Part shown: positions 57,667 through 64,000 of the stretch, one piece after another | Position numbering within the stretch: position 1 is the stretch's first letter | How the letters are laid out: each line of letters starts with the position of its first letter | DNA from: Candidatus Spechtbacteria bacterium | GTDB taxonomy: Bacteria > Patescibacteriota > Minisyncoccia > Spechtbacterales > JACPHP01 | Assembly (NCBI GenBank): GCA_016188605.1 | Contig: JACPHP010000003.1 | Location: forward strand, 16,400-80,399 | Direction: 5' to 3' | DNA: 64,000 nt | Notes under the pieces: generated by a model | What the model was told of the DNA's origin: nothing | Databases searched by the model: none | Seen by the model: the letters and a program-made list of their open reading frames with translations, nothing else | Position numbers and translations under genes: made by a program

Positions 57667-60600
57667 TCACACCTCGCACTGCCCGTACCCGCAGGACTCG
57701 TTTATACAGGCGTTACAGCCATTGTCCATTTTAAGTGTCTGCTCTTGGCAGGCTGGGCAAGTGTAAAGCTGCATCTGCGCCGAAATCAAGGATGCGTGCG
57801 GCTTTGCCTCTACTTGCTCGCGTACGTCTGGCTCGTTTTTTGCAAACGTTAACCCCGTTGGAGTAAATTGAATCTGCGCCTCCATGTCAGGCACCGTGCT
57901 ATCCATAATGGCATCTTGTTCTTCCTCTTCCGCGACGCTTTCCGCGATCCTTATCTCATTCTCTAGTACGGCCGCGGTAGATACAGCGGCCGTCACTACT
58001 AGCTGTTCAACTTTTTCCCGCGGCGTAACATCCATCTTTTCTGCCCCCTCTACGATATGTAAATTTTTAACTTCATCTGCTTTCATCCAGCCATAATGCA
58101 AAGCATGAAATACGGTCGTCAATCGCCCACTAGGCAAAACAATCACATCATCACCTTTCACTTCTTTGCCATCCCACTTGTAAACATTATTCTTGTATTC
58201 CTCAATCGCGGATTTTTCTCCAACAGTGCTTAAAATCGCAAAACGAGATCCTTCACGATAGATAGTAATTCCTTTTAATCCCGTGCGCCACGCGTCTAGA
58301 TAAATATTGGAAATAACTTCAGGCTCAATGTCTTCAGGCAAGTTCACGGTAGAAGAAATGCTATGGTCTATATACTGCTGGCACACACCCTGAATTTCCA
58401 CGCGCTTGTCTGGCGCGATGAAATGAGCAGTGCGGAAAAAATGCGTTGGCAAAATACGCTTGAGCTCGTCCATATCTCCCGCATGCTCAACCCGATCTTG
58501 CAAGTTATTCTGCTCAATATACGCAGATACGGTAGAATGGAATACCTTAAACATTTGATTGTGAAAACTCTCCGACCGGCGCGTATAGTACAAAGAAAAT
58601 ATTGGCTCCACGCCAGAGCTAACGCCAATAAAATTCTTCGCGCCAAACTGATAGCTCAACACGATATTGGAAATGCTGCCGGTGGGCGCTATGGAAAGCA
58701 GGGCAATATTGCGCAGGCCTTTTTGCCTCACTATTTCGCGCGTTTCCTCGTTCAAACTCTTTTGGAAAAACTCGCCTCGAGAATATGTTTCATAATCAAA
58801 TATCGGAGAAGACCCTTTTTCCTGCGCGATGTCTGCTGAAGCGCGGTACACCGCGTTTGCAATAAAACTCATCACTCGTTCAATTACCGCGATGCCCTCT
58901 TCGCTGTCGTAACCCATGCCAAGCTCGTTTAACATGTCGGCAATTCCCATCACGCCGATGCCGAGACGCCTCGTTTCCTTAGCCGCGCGTCGCTGTTTCT
59001 CTAAAGGATTTAATGTTTCGTTCCATGTAACTACGTTATCTAGAAAACGAGTTGCCACGGCCGCGGTTTTGGCCATGCCATCCCAATCAATTGAAGCACC
59101 TTCTACATATGGGTTTCGTACAAATCGCGACAAGTTAATGGATCCCAAGTTGCAAGCGCCGCCGTCCTCCAATGGAATCTCGCCGCAATTATGAACGACA
59201 ATTCCATTAGCGACAAAAGAATGGGTTTGTGGCTCGGTCAAATCATAAACCGGCTCTTCTCCACTTGCTTGTATGCTTTCTATCGCAGCCTCAAATCGTT
59301 CTTTATAAGGTCCGCGCACAAAAGAAGCAGTGCTGGCATTTATGCGATCTTGTTTTTGCTTTGACAAAAATCCGATCTCTTTGGCATACACATAAAGACT
59401 AGCGCTGCTTATCATCAAATCATGTTGTGCCTTGCAAAAATATTCCTTTCTGCCTCCATGGCCATCGGGAAGCGGTCGTGTCATAGCTGGTCTCCTATTC
59501 TGATAGATAACACTGTAAATACCAAAACTTAAAAGCATAAGTTGTGTTTTGTGTAGCGCATCAATATCCACACTCGTAAGGCGCACAGAAAATCCTTTCT
59601 TGGCCGTACCCTGGATAGAGCCGTCGGCAGTAAAAAGCGCGCGGAGAAATCCTCGCTGGCATTCTCTCCCCATTTGCAATACATTCACAGGAAAACGCCC
59701 CTCGCACACTCCATAGCGAACCGCAAGATTGGTAATTCCCTGCGAACGAAGGTTTATACTTGCCCCAGAATGTATAGGTGTCAGTTCTCGTCCCGTAGAA
59801 CAAGTAACTGCTTCGCGAAGAGCAGGTAAGCATTCTTGCTTATCATCGCCATAAAAATATAGTATGCTTCTACCGTCATTTTTTGCATTGTAATGGCCAT
59901 CACCCGCAAGCCATCCAAGAGTAAGTCCTTCCTCGTAAGTCCCGTTTCTTCCATACATACCTTCTAATTTACCAACGACAACCTTCTCGCCTTCCTGTAA
60001 TTCTGCCAGTGTCTTCCACCCACTTGGTGTTTGAATACGATGATCTGCGGTCGCCTTCAAAACAAACCCTTCGCGAGTAGTTAAAGTATATGTAGGTTTA
60101 ATTCCAGTTTGCCATACGCGCGCCGCCTCCCCGACCCGACCTCCGTCCAACAGCAGTAATGGTTGTTTGCCTACAAGTTCGCTGATAGGTAAAAGGCCGT
60201 CCACAGTGGAAACAAGCGTGTCGCCTGTAACGCACGGATTTGTGCTTGCGATAGGCCTGCCCGCGTAGTTGGACGGCGACATGCTTGACATGCGCGTCCA
60301 AAATAGCAGCCCCGGCTCTGCCGTGCGGTAATTCCCTTCCACAAACGCGTTCCACAACTCGCGCGCTTTTACCAAACGCTTTACCTCGCCCGTTTGCGCG
60401 GAGTTAAAATACAGCATAAAATCACCGGAGTATTTTATCGCAAAATCACTATCGCTGCGCGGACTTGCTACCAAATAATCGCCAAACATATCGCGGCGGC
60501 CGGCATCACCAAGAATATCATGCGTCAAAGAACCGCAACCCTGCTCTGCCAAAAAAGCATTGAGTTCGGAAATACTGGTGAATGTGCCACGAAGCGTGTA

Positions 60601-62001
60601 GCGCTCAATTGGCTTTGACGGAATGCCGTAGGAATAATTTACCTCACCTCCTTGCGAGATACCAAGCGAACTTACTGACTTATCTTTCTCATAAACCAAA
60701 ATTGCCTCGCCCCCGTGCTCGTTTTGCTCTTCTACCGCGCGCATAAACTCGTCGTTCATTTTTAAGCTGATATTAGCGGAGCGCACCTGCGTGTTTTCTC
60801 GCACCTGGCGTTCAATTTCCGTCATCTGATCGACGGAGAACTTGCCGCTCATCTTGCACTGTTCAAGTATCTGCCTTGTAACCCAGTTAGGATTCTTTTT
60901 TGCTTTCACAAACAGCGGACTGTCAGGATGCTTAATGTCCAACGTCAACATCAAAGCGCCGCGGCGCCCAGACTGGCCGATTAAACCAGTCGTAAGAGAA
61001 TACAACTCCATAAAGGACACGGCGCCTGTGGATTCATCAGCCGCGTTATGCACCACGGACCCTGCCGGACGCAAGGTAGTGATATCAACCCCAATTCCAC
61101 CGCCGTATGAATAAGTACGCGCGCATTCATAAGCCGCTTTGTAAATTGACTCCAGGTTGTCTTCCTCAATCACTGATACAAAACAATTGGCAAGCGTTTT
61201 AAGGCGATACAAGTCGCCAGAGCCTGCCAGTACGCGGCCGCCTGGCATAAAATATCCCTCATACAAAATCTTGTAAAAATCTTCAGCGTGCACCTGCTGG
61301 CGTTTTTCATCCGGCTCAACCGATGCCATGAAAGCGGCGAGGCGCGCAAAAACGTCTTCCGGCCTCTTCTCTAGGCGATTACCCTCCAATGTTTTTAGAT
61401 AATATTTTTTCTGGTAGATTGTTGTAGCAAGCTCGTTATTGCCAAGATAGTTTCCCTCGGGATGCGTAGCCAGCTTGCCGGTTTTCTGCATTGTTTTCAA
61501 ATAGAAAAGGATATTTTTGTATGCTTCAATGCGATCATAGCCAAGGAGCGATGCCAGTTTGCTTTTGTGAGCGAACATGTGCAGCAGAGCGCTTTTTTCT
61601 TTATCGTCACCCTTTGATGCTTCGTTTGCAGCACTGCGCAATTCCGCTCGTTTTGCGCGATACAAAATATATGCTTTCGCTGTTGTGGCATGGCCTTCGT
61701 CAATTAACACTTTTTCTACGATATCCTGAATTTCCTCAACGGTGGGGAATTTTTTTTCTGACTCTTCGATTCTTCGGCATACCACATCGCTCAAACGCTG
61801 TGCTTCATTTTTGTCGTTACCGCCGACTGCCCGCGCGGCACGAAAAATTGCGTTCACCACTTTTTCCTGCTCAAAAGGCACCATTCGCCCGTCGCGCTTT
61901 GCTACTTTTTCAATATTCCAATGTTTTTGCGTGCGTGGCGCGGGCACAGGAGTGCCGTGTACAAGATTACTATGAGCTGATTGTGGTGTATAGCTGGGCA
62001 T
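57667..62001 (-). CDS. nrdJ: Class II (B12-dependent) ribonucleotide reductase with ATP cone and intein
   Basis: ATP cone (VAKRDG), LANCFV, RRGA, TNPC|GE, IAPTGSIS and a C-terminal Cys cluster. Confidence 0.9.
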   Translation of the reverse strand: MPSYTPQSAHSNLVHGTPVPAPRTQKHWNIEKVAKRDGRMVPFEQEKVVNAIFRAARAVGGNDKNEAQRLSDVVCRRIEESEKKFPTVEEIQDIVEKVLIDEGHATTAKAYILYRAKRAELRSAANEASKGDDKEKSALLHMFAHKSKLASLLGYDRIEAYKNILFYLKTMQKTGKLATHPEGNYLGNNELATTIYQKKYYLKTLEGNRLEKRPEDVFARLAAFMASVEPDEKRQQVHAEDFYKILYEGYFMPGGRVLAGSGDLYRLKTLANCFVSVIEEDNLESIYKAAYECARTYSYGGGIGVDITTLRPAGSVVHNAADESTGAVSFMELYSLTTGLIGQSGRRGALMLTLDIKHPDSPLFVKAKKNPNWVTRQILEQCKMSGKFSVDQMTEIERQVRENTQVRSANISLKMNDEFMRAVEEQNEHGGEAILVYEKDKSVSSLGISQGGEVNYSYGIPSKPIERYTLRGTFTSISELNAFLAEQGCGSLTHDILGDAGRRDMFGDYLVASPRSDSDFAIKYSGDFMLYFNSAQTGEVKRLVKARELWNAFVEGNYRTAEPGLLFWTRMSSMSPSNYAGRPIASTNPCVTGDTLVSTVDGLLPISELVGKQPLLLLDGGRVGEAARVWQTGIKPTYTLTTREGFVLKATADHRIQTPSGWKTLAELQEGEKVVVGKLEGMYGRNGTYEEGLTLGWLAGDGHYNAKNDGRSILYFYGDDKQECLPALREAVTCSTGRELTPIHSGASINLRSQGITNLAVRYGVCEGRFPVNVLQMGRECQRGFLRALFTADGSIQGTAKKGFSVRLTSVDIDALHKTQLMLLSFGIYSVIYQNRRPAMTRPLPDGHGGRKEYFCKAQHDLMISSASLYVYAKEIGFLSKQKQDRINASTASFVRGPYKERFEAAIESIQASGEEPVYDLTEPQTHSFVANGIVVHNCGEIPLEDGGACNLGSINLSRFVRNPYVEGASIDWDGMAKTAAVATRFLDNVVTWNETLNPLEKQRRAAKETRRLGIGVMGIADMLNELGMGYDSEEGIAVIERVMSFIANAVYRASADIAQEKGSSPIFDYETYSRGEFFQKSLNEETREIVRQKGLRNIALLSIAPTGSISNIVLSYQFGAKNFIGVSSGVEPIFSLYYTRRSESFHNQMFKVFHSTVSAYIEQNNLQDRVEHAGDMDELKRILPTHFFRTAHFIAPDKRVEIQGVCQQYIDHSISSTVNLPEDIEPEVISNIYLDAWRTGLKGITIYREGSRFAILSTVGEKSAIEEYKNNVYKWDGKEVKGDDVIVLPSGRLTTVFHALHYGWMKADEVKNLHIVEGAEKMDVTPREKVEQLVVTAAVSTAAVLENEIRIAESVAEEEEQDAIMDSTVPDMEAQIQFTPTGLTFAKNEPDVREQVEAKPHASLISAQMQLYTCPACQEQTLKMDNGCNACINESCGYGQCEV
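59188..60234 (-). mobile_element. Intein (349 aa) with LAGLIDADG endonuclease in the RNR
   Basis: NP|CVTGDT...VVHN|CGE; LGWLAGDG and LRALFTADG blocks. Confidence 0.95.
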
Positions 62002-62359
62002 AACTTTAAAAATTTTAATTTCTAAAATATTCAATCATTGCGAGGACGAAAGCCAAGCAGTTGGCTTTCGTCCTCGCAATGACGTACTAAAAATACAATT
62101 ATAATTTTTGTCTAAGGGATTTTAATAGTAGCACTGACTTGCTTTGTGGCAACCACCTACTTATCCACATGTTTCACCAACCAAAAAACCGCTTCTCTTT
62201 GAGGGAAAACGGCTTTTTTGGTACTGCGCGATATTTCAAACTCTTTAGCAACATTCATTGACCAAGTGACAAATGCAAGATGTGATAAAACTTTGACTTT
62301 CTGACTTCTCGGGGAATCCTTGAAATCCAATCCTTGAGATTAAACCTCGAGCTCGTTCC

Positions 62360-64000
62360 TCACGGCATAGCGTTACTCGTCTGACCCCCCGCCTCATTCG
62401 TATCACTTGCCACTGGCGGTGTTGCATCGGCTGGCGTGCTATCGGCCGTTAAGGTTGCGTCTGATGGTGCGCTCTCTATCGGTGTATCTGTTGACGTATC
62501 TGTTGACGCGCTGTCTATTGTACCTGTTGAAGTTGTATCTGTTGAGGTTAAGCCTCCGTTTTCTTGTTGAGGGTTAACCTCAACGGCGCTAGTTTCTTCT
62601 GATGAAATCTCTGTAGAAATTAAACTTCCGCCATCTTGAAGATTAACTTCACTGGTGCTGTCCGTGGAAGTCTGGCTTCCACTGCTTTGTGTAGTAGTAC
62701 CCGTTGAGGTTAAACCTCCGTCTTCTTGAGGTTTAACCTCTTCAGAAACCTCTTCGGAACTTAAGGTTGATGTATCACCTGAGGTTAAACCTCCATCTTG
62801 TTGAGGTTTAACCTCTGTAACCTCCACGGGGGCCGCATCCAATACTATATTCAATGAATTTAATTTTTCTATCAGCGTGCTATCCGGCTGAACTTTCGCT
62901 ATTACTATCCAGTCAAAGGAGACGCCTTTATTTGTTACGATACCACTCGCTTGCGATGAATCGCGCACCACGAATCCGTATGGGGTACGGCTGTCTACGT
63001 ACAAGGCGCCTGATACGAATTCGTTCGGAGTAATAACAACTTTATAATCCGCTTGCAGTGAGCCTGTCGAACCTGCTTTTACGTTATTCAAACTCGTAAT
63101 AAGCGCTGTAAATGTTGGATGAAATGCAATGAGGCCAGCGGTATCCGTGGTCATGCCCTGTTTCGTAGTGCCACAAGTTGCAGCAACCTGCTCCGCCCAT
63201 TGCTTCACGTTACGCACTTCTGGATTAGCGTTCTTCAAGAGCGCGGTCAATGTATCAACCTCTTCCAAAGACATAGTATTTATATCGCGCTCTGAAAACT
63301 CGCTTGCTGAGATTTGCTGTAAATCACTGCACGAAACGGTCTTTGACGTTCCAGAAATCAGGATTTGGTCACGAGTTGTTTGGAGTGTATAAGTTTTTAC
63401 TTTCATATTTGCTCCGTCTTGAGATTCTGTTTCGAGCTTTGAATCCTCTGCCAAGATTATTGAATTTGTCGCGAAATCATAGCCATCTCCCAGCGCAAAG
63501 ATGTTTACGCGCAGAATTTCAAACGTGCGCGCGATGGCGCTTGCCCACTGGCCTGTGTAATCCTGGCTTCCACTGTTCTGCGGCACGCCATTTGAGTTAG
63601 CCGCCAACTGGCCGGCATCATCAAGCTTTAACTCTAGAGCCGCAACACGCGCCTCCAAATTTTCTTGCTGAACCGCAAGTTCTTTTACTCCAGCGAGCGT
63701 AAGAGTCGCGAGGTTGTACAAGCTAATACCATTGCCCATTGCGTTTACCACAGACTTTGGGGCAGATTCTACTATCAAGCCAAGATGAACTTTAGAATCC
63801 GGTGTTTCTTGCTTGTAGCGGTATGTCGCGATCGGCGAATTCATAATTTGGTCAAGAGCGGTTTTGTTGTCCTCGTCCGTGTAGTAGGAAATATCCTTTT
63901 TAAATTCAGACCTGCTGTATACTTCCCAACCGTCGGAGATAGCACTGCCCAAACCCTGCGCGATTACGAGCGGACGGGAATCCAAAGGAGTTGTGCCGAT
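62360..64000 (-). CDS. C-terminal part of a large surface/tail-fibre-like protein with a peptidase S74-like chaperone domain and Ser/Thr-rich tail (5' end outside window)
   Basis: SRSEFKKDI...YRYK...HLGLIVE...GVKEL followed by a coiled coil. Confidence 0.7.
   Translation of the reverse strand: MGTTPLDSRPLVIAQGLGSAISDGWEVYSRSEFKKDISYYTDEDNKTALDQIMNSPIATYRYKQETPDSKVHLGLIVESAPKSVVNAMGNGISLYNLATLTLAGVKELAVQQENLEARVAALELKLDDAGQLAANSNGVPQNSGSQDYTGQWASAIARTFEILRVNIFALGDGYDFATNSIILAEDSKLETESQDGANMKVKTYTLQTTRDQILISGTSKTVSCSDLQQISASEFSERDINTMSLEEVDTLTALLKNANPEVRNVKQWAEQVAATCGTTKQGMTTDTAGLIAFHPTFTALITSLNNVKAGSTGSLQADYKVVITPNEFVSGALYVDSRTPYGFVVRDSSQASGIVTNKGVSFDWIVIAKVQPDSTLIEKLNSLNIVLDAAPVEVTEVKPQQDGGLTSGDTSTLSSEEVSEEVKPQEDGGLTSTGTTTQSSGSQTSTDSTSEVNLQDGGSLISTEISSEETSAVEVNPQQENGGLTSTDTTSTGTIDSASTDTSTDTPIESAPSDATLTADSTPADATPPVASDTNEAGGQTSNAMP

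Noticed and set aside
62360-64000. Phage tail gene indicating a prophage
   Set aside because: S74-like domains also occur in cellular surface proteins, and no other phage genes are in the window.

Overview
Bacterial chromosome segment whose gene content points to Patescibacteria/CPR (Parcubacteria-like). This is an inference from the short ValS and IF-2, the tandem VirB2/TrbC-like pilins and the typical interspersed repeats. The core genes are tsaD, valS, gyrA (with intein), rpsA, ftsH, an RluA-family gene, rplS, nrnA, rbfA, infB, zwf, htrA, ychF and a class II RNR (with intein), plus 13 tRNA genes, one of them a rare tRNA-Ile(UAU). The first 14 kb is an accessory block: two PrkA-YeaH(-SpoVR) modules sit head-to-head with two tandem Lon-like proteases that lack a Walker A motif. 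The tRNA genes are heavily remodelled. Three long-variable-arm tRNAs carry a shared downstream element with antisense and direct copies of their own 3' end. Two LAGLIDADG-type genes abut or overlap tRNAs, and one tRNA-Val lies nested inside a broken tRNA-Val. Other notable items are a GIY-YIG gene sitting inside a REP-like repeat that also occurs as empty copies, a MITE that inserts at TTGA, palindromic insertions in frame within housekeeping proteins, and an uncharacterised two-gene pair whose small protein ends in Gly-Gly. All protein calls come from motif recognition; no searches were run.
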